Source of the DNA: the human T2T-CHM13v2.0 reference genome, Homo sapiens
NCBI RefSeq assembly: GCF_009914755.1
Contig: NC_060934.1
Direction: 5' to 3' (one strand)
DNA length: 64,000 nucleotides
Shown piece by piece: positions 52,575-64,000 of this stretch. The position numbers and the translations under genes were made by a program. The notes beneath the pieces were generated by a model. The model was not told the DNA's origin, did no database searches, and worked only from the letters and a program-made list of their open reading frames with translations. Positions within the stretch are counted from its first letter, which is position 1. Each line of letters starts with the position of its first letter.

Positions 52575-52879
52575 GTAGGCTGGGTCTTGGCAGCCTGGGG
52601 GTTAGAACTGAAGGCTGAATGTCCAGAACAGAGACAGGGCAGGGTGGCCAGTGGCTCTTCCCTGCTCCCAGAACACTGGGTCCCCAAATGGGAGCACATC
52701 CTTCCCAGTGGCTCATGCTTGTGGGGCAGTCTCCTCTCATGGTCTCGGGCCTCAGGAGGGCAGATGCTGGGGGCTTAGAGGCCTCTCTAGCCCCAGGGAC
52801 TAGCACATACTGGGGGCTCAGCAATTGTGACCAGCAAAGGTCCACTCTCCCTCTAACTGACTTCTCCAAGGCACTTTTG

Positions 52880-53400
52880 GAATTAGTCAGGGCTCTTTTA
52901 CCCTTCAAGTGGTAGAAATACAACTCAAACCAGCTTAAGGGATGTAAAAGAGAAGGAAAGAAGGAAGGGAGGAGGGAAAAAAGAATACAGGAAGAAAAGA
53001 CCAGTAAAGAGGGACTTCGTTGGCTCTTACAATTGAAAAGAGCTGATCTCATCCTGTAGCTGGGGGAGGCTCACATCATTTTCTCTGAGCTCTGTCACCA
53101 CTCTTGCCTCTGCCTCTTCCACTCAGTCTTCAGGTTGCCCGGGCTTTCTTCTGTGGCAGAAGGTGGCTCCTGGGCAGCTCCTCAGAGCACATCCTCAGCT
53201 TAGCACCATAGGCAGAGAGACAGCTTTTTAAAAATTTAACAGTCTTAGCTATTGGACTGAGTCTCATTGAGCCAACTGTGTCCCATGACTGGGCTGGAAA
53301 GTGGCTTCCCCTCTGGAGTTAGAAAGTGGTAGTTCCCAAAGGGAGCCAGGGGCTGTGTTCAGAATAAGAGAGAAGGAAGGCAAGGAAGCCCACATATCAC
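52880..53400 (-). mobile_element. Old ERVL/MaLR LTR (MLT1K/L or LTR33-like)
   Basis: attagtcagggctctttt...caagtggtagaaatacaactcaaaccagcttaag. Confidence 0.55.
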
Positions 53401-54474
53401 CCCACCTGCCTCCTCCTGGCTCAGGCTGGTCTAGAGCTCATTGGTGCCTTCAGCATTTTGAATGTATTTGTAAATGGCTTTCCACTCATCCACTTAATGA
53501 ACATCTATTATAAACTTACTACATTTCGCACCCTGTACTTAGAGGTAAAATTCAGAGAAGAATAAGCCACAGTCTGATAAAAAGAGAATACAGAAAAACA
53601 TGTTGTTCAGTGCTGTCAGAGGAAACAGAACCAAGGGCAGCCGGGACTTCTGGGTAGAGGAGCATCTGTCTTCTCTGCTGAGCCTGTAATTATAAATCAT
53701 ACACAGAATTGGGCTCTGGTCCTGCCTCTTTTGTGTATCAGGGAGATGGAGCTCAGCAGAATTTAATGTGTTAATACAAAAAAAAAAAAAAAAAAAAGAC
53801 AGTTCAAAGTGAGGAATCTGCCCAAAGTCACCCTCCTCCACATTTTTCTCCACCATTTTTTCTCTTCCACTTTCCACTTTGTTCCTGTACCTGTACCAGT
53901 TGTTTTCTAAGAAACAGATATTTATCCTGGGAGCTGTTTTCTTTGGGGGAGTAGAATTTACTGGAAATTGGATTTGTGAGTATCTGAGGGAGGGGGTATG
54001 GATAGGTGGATTCTGTCTTTTTCTCCTTTGACTTTCAGTGGCGTGTCTCTCCACTTTGTGGTTTGGGGCGGGCAGGAAGATCACACAACCAGACAAGCTA
54101 GTGAAGGGCCCTGCACTCCTGGCTGGTGGGAAGTACTCCCCAGTCACATGAGTGTCTGCTGTCTTTGTTTGAGTTTCTGAGGCCAGCACTAGTTTTCCCT
54201 GGGGCTCAGAATTTAAAAGTCAATAATTGGGGTTTGTCTTTGAAGGTGGTTTCCGGGGGGCGGAGGGGACAGGCAGTGCACACCCGAGCGACTCTGGCAC
54301 TTAGCAGACACATATTCAATGGGTGTCTGACGGCATCTTGACAAATTGCCAAGAGAGCATTGGAGTTAAGGGGCCATGGAACAAGCCTGGCTTGAAAAAC
54401 CTTTTTAGCAGAAACACAGCAAATTTGGTTCATTCCAGTAAAAGCTTTTACTGTCTCTCTCCTGTACTCACCAG

Positions 54475-54636
54475 GGAAGGACCCAGGAATGCTGAAGCTG
54501 CCCACCAGGCACAGCTTATACCCAAGCTCATCTTCCTATTCAATGAGCCGAGCCTCATCCCCTCCAAGATCTCCACCATCATTGGCATCCTGGCCTGTCA
54601 GCTGAGGGGCCACTTCAGCACCCAGGACTTGCTCAG
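54475..54636 (+). CDS. WDFY4: WDFY4 coding exon (EGPRNAEAAHQ...STQDLL)
   Basis: Acceptor ctctcctgtactcaccag, donor CAG|gtacca; 162 nt, phase 2 to 2. Confidence 0.92.
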
Positions 54637-55218
54637 GTACCACACCAAGCTGCCCAGGGGGAAGAGCAGGGCCCCAGGGCTGTTTAAAAAGGGAGGACAG
54701 ACCCCAGCTCTCTCCTCATTGTGCTCAACCCTGAATCACTTGGAACCTTCTAGGAATTTTTGCCCAGGGCTGAGAGTTGGGGAAAGGATGGTTTGCTGAA
54801 GTCAGGATGGGACAGGCCGGTTTCCCCAGCAGGGCTGTGTGTTTACTGTTCCCACTGCTCAGGCTCCCCCACTGTGGCCAAATATTCAGGAATTTCCATA
54901 AGCACTGCCATCCTTGCCAGCCAATGACCCACATGCCTGGCTCCTGCAGACTCCTGAAGAGCAGTCCCAGCCACCAGTGTGTTTCCCCTTCTCTTTCCTG
55001 TCACTATCTAATTGATCAGGTAGAGCCAGAGTTAGCGTCTCTGGTGAATCCTGACTGATTTTAGAAGTCTCTGGAAATACACAGCATGCCATGATGATTT
55101 CCCTTAAACTCTCACTTGCAGCTGCACGTGGGTGGGTCTATGTGAAAACACTGGCATGTACTCAGCGGACTCAGTTGAGCCCGCCTGCGAGCCTGTCCTT
55201 CTCTCCCTGTGTATAAAG

Positions 55219-55310
55219 GATTGGGCTGTTTGTTGTGTACACCCTCAAGCCTTCGTCGGTGAATGAGAGGCAGATCTGCATGGACGGAGCCCTGGACCCT
55301 TCCCTGCCTG
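55219..55310 (+). CDS. WDFY4: WDFY4 coding exon (IGLFVVYTLKP...ALDPSLP)
   Basis: Acceptor ctctccctgtgtataaag (AAG type), donor CTG|gtgaga; 92 nt, phase 2 to 1. Confidence 0.9.
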
Positions 55311-55969
55311 GTGAGAAGACCTTTGCCAGTTCGAAGGCAGTAGGACGGCCCTCACGGAACCCCTGAGAGGCCCACATTGTGCAGAGGGAGGGGCTAAGTA
55401 AGGAAGGGGAAGGCACCCACAGCCAAGCCGTGGTTTCCAAGCAGTGGCCTGTGAGGCTGTCATTTTATGATGAGAGTCAGAAATGAAATAAAATTATAGA
55501 TTCCTGCTTTGAAATGTGGGACTGGTGTTCCAGGCCTCCAGAATAAAATCAGTTCCCTGTAGACCAGCATGTGGGATCCGGGATCCTGCCTCACTTCCTG
55601 GTTGAACCCCCACTACCCCTTACTTTCCTGATGAGCCCCAACTCCAGCAGTGAAGCACTTGCAGGCCCCTGCAGGTGATGGCCTGCCCTCTGTCCGTGCT
55701 TGGCACGTGCTCTTCACTCAAGGGAAATGCCACCCCTCCCCCACTAGCCAAGCTGTCCCCAGTCCCACCAAACCAGATTAAGTCACTTTCTCTGTGTTTC
55801 CAAAGCCCCTTGGGGTTACCCTACTGAATAGATTTGTAGTTTGTTTATGTGAGTCTCCCTTTTCGCCTAGCCAGGTGCAGAACTGCAGCTGTGTCTTGTT
55901 CAATTTGTTCCCTCTGCTAGGGCAGTGTGATGGCAGCAATCACAACTGCTTTGTCCTGGGCCCTGCGGC

Positions 55970-56185
55970 TCTGCACTGTCCAAGACGAGAGCCCCTAAGC
56001 CACATATAGCCATTTAAATTCAAATTTTAACTAATTAAAATTAAATGCAATTAAAAACTTAATTCCTCACTCACTGTAGCCACGTTTTAAGTGCTCACTA
56101 GCTACCTGAGGCTAGCGGCTACTCTATTGGACAAGGTAGATATAAAACAGTTTTATCATCACAAAAGAGTCTCCTGGATAGCATT
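55970..56185. mobile_element. MER3-like hAT-Charlie element
   Basis: gcactgtccaa...tagccacgttttaagtgctcactagctacc...ctattggaca. Confidence 0.75.
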
Positions 56186-57073
56186 TTTTAATCTAGATAA
56201 AGTATTATCTCTTATCCTTAGATCAAGCCGCAAGAAATTACTATTCCCATTTTGCAGACTAAGAAATTTAGGTTCAATGAGATTAGGAGCTAATTGAAGA
56301 TGGGACCAAAATCTGAATAGACGGAAATATGACTCCATTTCCCCAGGTTGCCTCATCAGTCCTATTTCTACAGTATGGCGTGGTGTATGCCCTGTATTGG
56401 TGTGAAATTGCTGGCAACTGAGGGAATGAACAAATGGGTAATGGGCCAAGAGTGAACTTATTTAGTCAACCTTCCTTCTCATATGAACTGCATTCTGAAA
56501 CTTTTACCTAACCAACATATTAAAGCATTGTTAATATGTCCTTTTGGGCTTTAATGACTCTTCAGAAGTAAAGTTTCTTCTTCCCCTTGCTCCATATACC
56601 TCTGCTATGATTTGAGTTCTGTTTTTATTGTAGCATAGACATCCAAAAGCCTAGCCTGGGAGCAAGTTGAAAGCAGGAACAAAGAGAACAAAGACCATGG
56701 TCTTCAGCACTCTGTTCCTGATTACTTGCATAATATCAGTGCATAGTAGGTGATTATGAAATGTTGCAGCCTATAATAATTTAAGAAATTCTTCTACTGA
56801 AAGGTATATTTTCCTTTATTATTTTTAGGATTTTTGTTTTTTGGAAGATGTGCAGCATTGCAGACATTGCTAATTAAAGGAAACTTCAGTAACATTTTCT
56901 GAAATTCTTTTTAAGCATTGTGTGGAGGCTGGAATAAAATGCCAAAATTTTGAGTCCCAGCCATGCCACAATTCCTGGGTGAAATAAGCATTTGGTGAAT
57001 ATGATTGCTTACTGCAGCAAATATTATGTCTCTTTACATCCATTTTCTCTCAAATCTGAATTCTTTTTTGTAG

Positions 57074-57173
57074 CTGGAAGCCAAACATCTGGAAAGACAA
57101 TCTGGCTCAGAAACCAGTTGCTGGAGATGCTGCTCAGTGTAATATCTTCCCCCCAGCTTCATCTGTCCTCTGA
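57074..57173 (+). CDS. WDFY4: WDFY4 coding exon (GSQTSGKTIWLRNQLLE...HLSS)
   Basis: Acceptor ttcttttttgtag, donor GA|gtaagt; 100 nt, phase 1 to 2. Confidence 0.92.
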
Positions 57174-58147
57174 GTAAGTAGCTCCAGGAAGAGCAATTTG
57201 GCAGGAGGTTACCTCATACAGGGTGTGGCATTAAACCTTTTCTTAATGAAAAGTTTAGCATCTCTGAGTCTGTTTTCTGCAATGTATTTCCTGCACTAGT
57301 CAGAAAGAAAATTATATTCTCTCTACCCAATGAACCAGACCTTGCCCTAAGATATTCTGATGCAAATGTTAAGTGGACATGAGTAACTAGAAACAGATTT
57401 GGTATAATTACAATAAACTCCTTTTGTCACCATAGCTATAGTGTAATTGTTATTGTTTTGGCAGTTGTGACAATTACTGATTTTGATGTCTTGTACTTGG
57501 CAGACAATAGAATGAAGAAATCGTGAGCCTAAATAACATCTATCAAGGAAAAGTCTTGCCAAATTCTTCTGCTATTTACTGTTAGTGAGTTTGTTATTTT
57601 TCCAAGTTGGAAAAAGAAGTATCTACCGTCAATTAACTTCTAAAATCAAGTGTAATCATAAAGCTGATTCCATTAACTCTCCCCACTGCCTGCCTGCTTT
57701 ACCTCCAACCTTGGAGTCGTTCATTTGACACCTAATTTGTTGAGCATCTACTGCATGCCAGACACTGTTCCCAGCTCCTAGGATGCAGTGCTGAGCAAGT
57801 CAGCCCGGATCCTTGCTCAACCTGTATATGCATCTGGGCTTGGGGGTAAAGAGTTACCCCTCAGTAAAGCAGCTTTATAAATAGTGTTTAATAATTTACC
57901 AGCCTATAAATCCTTTCTTTCTTAGAATCAAAACATGGTAGAACTGGAAGATGCCTTGGAAATGAGATAGTCCAGCCACTTTCTTTTCCATCTTTTTGAA
58001 AGGGAATGTAGTGCAGTGCCTAACAGCTGGGCTCTGGCATCTATACCTTCCGGGTTCGAATCCTAGCCCTGTCCCCAGGGACCCAGAGGAGGCTACTTAA
58101 GCCCTGTATGCCTCTCTCTACTCATCTGCATGAGAATAAAAATTGTA

Positions 58148-58226
58148 TTATGTTGGTGAAAATGTAATTGTGTTTTTTTCATTACTTTTAATGCCAAAAA
58201 CTGCCAATATTTTTGCACCAACCTAA
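58148..58226. mobile_element. MADE1 (Hsmar1-derived MITE) with TA target duplication, inside a MIR
   Basis: ta|ttatgttggtgaaaatgtaattg...ttttgcaccaacctaa|ta. Confidence 0.9.
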
Positions 58227-58334
58227 TACTTTCAATAGGTGAGTATAGTAAAGATGAAATGAATTAATATATGGATAATCCTGAGAATGGTGCCTGGAAT
58301 ACTGTAAATTCTCTGTAAGCTAATTGCTATTATG

Positions 58335-58925
58335 GCCATCTCTTTCATCATCACCATCACCACCACCATCACCATTACCACCACCATCATCACCATCACC
58401 ATCATCACCATCACCATCACCACCACCATCATCACCACCACCACCACATTAATCACCATCACCACCACCACCATCATCACCATCATCACCACAACATTAA
58501 TCGCCATCACCACCATCATCACCATCACCATCATCACCATCACCCTCACCACCATCACCATCATCACCACATTAATCACCATCATCACCACATTAATCAC
58601 CATCACCACCAACAGCATCATCACCATCATCACCACAACATTAATCACCATCACCACCACCACCATCAGCATCTTCACCACCAGCATCACCATCACCACC
58701 ATCATAACCACTACCACCATCAACATCATCACCATCACCACCAGCATCACCATCACCATAATCACCACCACCATCATCAACATCATCAACATCACCACCA
58801 CCATCAACATCATCACTGTCACCACCACCACCATCATCATCATCACCACCAACATCACCACAACGTTAATCACTATCACCACCACCACCATCAACATCAT
58901 CACCATCATTATCAACATAATCACT
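58335..58925 (+). repeat. Long degenerate (CAC/CAT)n repeat
   Basis: About 590 nt of catcaccatcaccac with recurring acattaat interruptions. Confidence 0.95.
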
Positions 58926-59744
58926 GAGGAAAATGATCAGAGCACATCAGGAGCTCTGCCAAAGTCATCCAGTTGCTAAACATCAGAGGCAGGGCTAGAA
59001 AAGAGGACAGCCTCTTCTCTTCACTCCTAGTCCAGTGCTCATTTCAGTGGATACCAGCCAGATTCTCACTATGCCTAGTGTGTCAGCTGAGAACACAGGT
59101 GGAGCCTTCACTTGTTCCCAAAAGTCTGGGTCCTTTGCTGAACCCAGTGTCTTTGGCCAACCCATTGGCCATTCATCTCCCTGCCCTCCTGTTTCATCCA
59201 GGTCCCATCAGCAAGTCTGTATTCTCCAGACTCATCATTTTTGAAAGTGACGTTAATCATGTTTCTTTTTTTTTGGTGCTAAAACTGATAAAAATGCATA
59301 AATATTGAACTATGCCATTTAGATAAATTTTGACTAGTGTCTTTAAAAAGGGAGGGGAATATTCATTATGTGTTTTATGTGACTACATTGATGGTAATTA
59401 AATTAGATGGGTGGCTAGTCATCCACTGTGTAAGTATGAATAGTAGTTATATAGGGCTATTAAGGGGCATGCGCATTTTTACCTATATGAATACACAGTT
59501 TCCAATTGCTTCAAAATGCTGTGGCCAACTTACACTGCAACCATTAATAGACAAATGCATCATTTGCACAACAATCTTGCCAGCATTTTATTTTACTATT
59601 CTTTTTAAATGTAATACATAATAAGTGATGTTAACCTTAACTTGCCTCTCCTTGGTGACTTGTAAGGCTGGACATTTCATATTTTCTGGACATGTCACTC
59701 GCTCATGGACTGAGAGAACATTGGTTGCATTTATTAATCCCCAG

Positions 59745-59950
59745 GTCAAAGGAAGAGATGTTTCTGAAACTGGGGCCTGACTGGTTCCTGCTGCTCCTGC
59801 AGGGCCACCTGCATGCCAGCACCACTGTGCTGGCATTGAAGCTGCTGCTGTACTTTCTGGCAAGCCCCTCCCTCCGCACACGGTTTAGAGATGGCCTGTG
59901 TGCAGGATCCTGGGTGGAACGCAGCACTGAGGGCGTGGATATTGTAATGG
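59745..59950 (+). CDS. WDFY4: WDFY4 coding exon (SKEEMFLKLGPDWF...VDIVM)
   Basis: Acceptor aatccccag, donor TGG|gtgagc; 206 nt, phase 2 to 1. Confidence 0.93.
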
Positions 59951-60229
59951 GTGAGCACGTGGCTGTCTCCAGGGAGTGGGGCACCACCTAGTCCTGGGAT
60001 GTGAATGAGGACCAAGCCAGGCCCCTTCTTATTTGAGACCATCACAGCTCTGTGCAGCAGGATCACCTCGAGCCCTGACTCCAAGGCCTACATCCAAATG
60101 AGCCCAGCCCCCCTGACATCCTTTGCAGGATCCCCCGCAGCCTCACTGCACAGACACTGGAGGCTGCCTTCCATTCCTCCCACCTGCTTAGCCCTGTTCT
60201 CCTGGGCACTGTATACTCTGCTTCCTCTT

Positions 60230-60565
60230 CCTGAGGGGATGCCTCTTCTCCTGATGTGGATTCATCCTGAGATCTCAGTTCAAATGCCACTTCCTCCAGG
60301 AGATGAGGGGTCTCCCTGAATTGGGACACCTCTGTTATATTATCTCTGCCCTTATTATTTTTCTCTTTAGTGCTTCACAAAATTCATAATTATTTGAGTA
60401 TTTAATTGCTTAATGTCTGTCCCTCCCACTACAATGCAAGCTTCATGAGTGCCTGGAATTCTGTATATTTGGTTGAAACCCTACACCCTTGTTGCCTAAT
60501 TCAAAGCTGCCCTGTTGCCTCCTACATGGTGGGCAGCAAGTATGTTTTTGAGTGAATGAATGAGC
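60230..60565 (+). mobile_element. L2 3' end fragment
   Basis: gatctcagttcaaatgccacttcctcc...ctacaatgcaagcttcatgag...tgagtgaatgaatga. Confidence 0.7.
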
Positions 60566-60753
60566 ATGTCAGGAACAGCAAAGGGAACTACTGTTGAGTG
60601 CCTTCTTGCTCCCATCTATGTGTGAATATATTTTATCATCCAGCATTTCTATGGGATGGGTGGGTGGCCGGGTGTTCCTTTGTGTGTCCAGGCCCCACCT
60701 TGACCAGCAGCTGTTCTCAGCTGACTTTTGTGCCCCCTTTGCCTGATCAATAG

Positions 60754-60923
60754 ACAACCTGAAGAGCCAGTCACCACTGCCTGAGCAAAGCCCATGCCTG
60801 CTTCCTGGGTTCCGTGTCTTGAATGACTTTCTGGCCCACCACGTCCACATTCCAGAGGTCTACCTCATCGTCTCCACCTTCTTCCTGCAGACACCACTCA
60901 CAGAGCTGATGGACGGGCCCAAA
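60754..60923 (+). CDS. WDFY4: WDFY4 coding exon (NLKSQSPLPE...ELMDGPK)
   Basis: Acceptor gatcaatag, donor AAA|gtaggt; 170 nt, phase 1 to 0. Confidence 0.92.
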
Positions 60924-61213
60924 GTAGGTTTTCAGAGCACCCACAGGGTGACACACTTGGTTTTCTGATTCCACATGACTAAGGCAGGTCGCCAAGACCC
61001 TCTGCACTTACCTCCCTCTGCTTCTTCCAGCTCAGATGGGGTGCTGGCCCACTTCCCTCCCTAGCAGCCCACACCCTTGGCCAGCCCTTCAAATGCTCCC
61101 CTTCCAGGCCCTTGACTTCCTCGGCCTCTGCTCCCATCCTTCCTCCCAGCAAGTCTCTGATTTGGATCAGTTCTATTTTAAAACCTTCCTTTTGGGCACA
61201 GCTAGGGGAATGA

Positions 61214-61704
<491 letters not shown>

Positions 61705-63171
61705 CCCTTTCTTCCTTTTGTATTTTCAGTTTTTCCTTTTCTACCAACCCGTTCCTCATAAGCCATAATTATGTTCAGCTGCATCCCACCTAAAACCAGA
61801 GGCTGCCCCTTGATAACACTCCTGACCAAATGCTGCCTATTGATCACTTTCCTATCCTTCCTTGGCCACATTTCTCCAAAGAGGAGTCTGTGCTCACCGT
61901 ATGCACCTTCTCCCTTGCACTAAATTCAGGTGACTTTCACACCTGCAGCATCAAGGTCAGACTCCATAGCTGGCACCAAGCCCCCTCATCTCTGGCTGCC
62001 TGATGTATCTTTCCAACCCAGCTGCAATTCACCCGCCCTCAGCTGTGAGTCTCCTAAATCATCTTCAGTAAGACTGGCTGCTCTGTGCTCACCCACCCTG
62101 CTGCCCTTACTCACTCCTCTTTCCCACCATCGTCTGCCTGGTGGGAGTGTCCTCCCTCAGCACTCAGCTTAGATGCTACTTCCTACTTAGACCCCCAGAC
62201 AGAGGAGACCATTTCCTCCTTTGTGCCTCAGTGTAGTTTACCCTATATGGATGGCACCAATACAAATGTGTGCCTGCCTCCTTAGAAACTGAGCCCCTGA
62301 AGAACGGACCCACCTTTCACTCAACTTCCTGGAACCTGACAAATAGCCAACTTAGAAACTATTTCTTGGTCTCAATCGAGTTGAGTTAAACCTAACTGAA
62401 TTGAAATATGGGAGGGGCGTGGCTTTGCCAAGAGAAGGTTAAAAAATCTACCCCTCTTGTATATCTTTATAATTGACAAATCTAAATATTGACATATGCT
62501 AATAGCATTGTATATTACACTTCAAAATAAAGTTTTTAATATGCTGTACTAAGGTCATTGATACCCTGAGTTTTTATTTCTCTAACATATCTCAGGAAAC
62601 AGATGTCTGCTAAGTGTTGGAACTTGTGATAGATGTTTTACATATTTTATTTTGCTTGATATTTAAACAATCCCATGGGGTAGATAATGTAATTCTCATT
62701 TCACAGAGACGGGAAATGAACTGCCAAGAAGCTCAATAGCTTGCCTGAGCTCAGCTATTAAAAAGGCAGAATCAGGCCATCCTGATTCTAAACCCTAAGT
62801 TTAGAATCTCTCTATACCTCTACATGCTGAAGTTTCCCCTGAAACCTTTGAATTCTTTATATGTCTTATATAATCTAATTTACAAAAGTTAATTAAAGTT
62901 GATTAGCATATTTACTTATGATGTCAGACCAAAATAACTGAACTACATGCCAGTCTCTAGGGGATCTTCAGCACCTTCTTGGAGGTGCTTGTTTCCCTTA
63001 TGCACCATCTACTGGGGTGAAATTGTTCCTATGGATCAACCACCTAGGCTGCCAGTGTGCTCTTTTGCTTTTCCCACTGGGAACCCCTGGAAACATGATG
63101 AACTGGCTGCAAAGCTCGTTCTCTTGGTGAGTAGCCGCAGGTCTGCTTACAGCTCCTGCCTCCTCTTCCAG

Positions 63172-63297
63172 GACAGCCTTGATGCCATGCTTCAGTGGCT
63201 CCTGCAGAGGCACCACCAGGAAGAAGTCCTCCAGGCTGGGCTGTGCACAGAAGGTGCCTTGCTCCTCCTGGAAATGCTGAAGGCCACCATGAGCCAG
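63172..63297 (+). CDS. WDFY4: WDFY4 coding exon (DSLDAMLQW...LKATMSQ)
   Basis: Acceptor cctcctcttccag, donor CAG|gtgaga; 126 nt, phase 0 to 0. Confidence 0.93.
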
Positions 63298-64000
63298 GTG
63301 AGACCCATTCCCCACATGCTGCCCCGAGGAGGTTCTGATGGGAAGGCCAGTTTGGAAGGGTCACCTTGACTTTTCTCTTAGCATCTTCCCACTAATGCAA
63401 GTAATTAGCCAGATCCTGTAGAAGAGGTGAGGTAAGTTCCTAGAGTGACTCAGGGGCACAACTGGAAACCCAGCCTATAGGTCTCTGAGCTTTATGTGCT
63501 CTTGCAGGTGATACCTGTTTATCATTTGTTTAAGCATGGGATTTCTTCACTGGAAGATTTATTGCCTTCAGTCAAAGGGAACATTTCTTAGGAGGAGGAA
63601 GGGCCTCTCCTCTCAACGAGTCCATCTCCTCGCTCATGAGTGACCTGGGGAAGGGACCTGACTTAGAGAAGGCAGATGGCCGCCAGCTACAGGCAGGGCA
63701 TGGAGTCTTCGGGAGTGAGAAGCCTTTAATTTGAGCCTTCAAGGTCCAGTAGAGGTGGGTGGTGAGCAGAAGAGTTATTTTAGACATTGGGTAGAGGCCA
63801 TGTGACTTGTGAACAGGAATAATTAATGGTAAGCCAGGTCAGGGAGGGTTTCCAGAAAAGGCTGAAAAATTCTGACTTCATCCTGTAGGCACCAAAGGCA
63901 ATTGGAGGCCTGATTGTATGGGGAAACTTACTGCTTTTGTAAAATGATACATGATTACCTTTAACATTTAAACAAAAGGGAAAAACAGAAAGTAAACAAC

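Noticed and set aside
53539-54189. 216-aa antisense ORF
   Set aside because: Crosses a poly-A run and repeat remnants; no coherent domain.
58232-58979. 230-aa Met/Val and 215-aa Ile/Thr ORFs
   Set aside because: Artefacts of the CAC/CAT repeat, with no splice or promoter support.

Overview
Primate (almost certainly human) genomic DNA covering an internal part of WDFY4, a BEACH/WD40-family gene, on the + strand. Nineteen coding exons can be read directly (9578..63297). All have AG/GT boundaries and matching intron phases, and they splice to 2881 nt (1 nt plus 960 codons) with no stop. They encode a helical region, a ConA/LamG-like domain and the DUF4704/ARM-like region shared with WDFY3, LRBA and NBEA. 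Start and stop codons lie outside the window. The introns hold old L1M, L2, MIR, LTR and DNA-transposon remnants, about ten Alus or Alu monomers, and several simple repeats. I see no evidence of a new biological system; this is an ordinary mammalian gene. The most notable local structures are: a young twin-primed L1PA2 nested in an old LTR; a ~265-nt CTT/CCT pyrimidine tract grown from an Alu tail; a close inverted Alu pair; a minisatellite rich in ETS motifs; a 166-bp locally templated insertion; and several candidate alternative-splicing elements (an in-frame micro-exon, a poison acceptor, a possible circRNA block). Repeat subfamilies were assigned by eye against remembered consensus sequences, and old-repeat boundaries are approximate.
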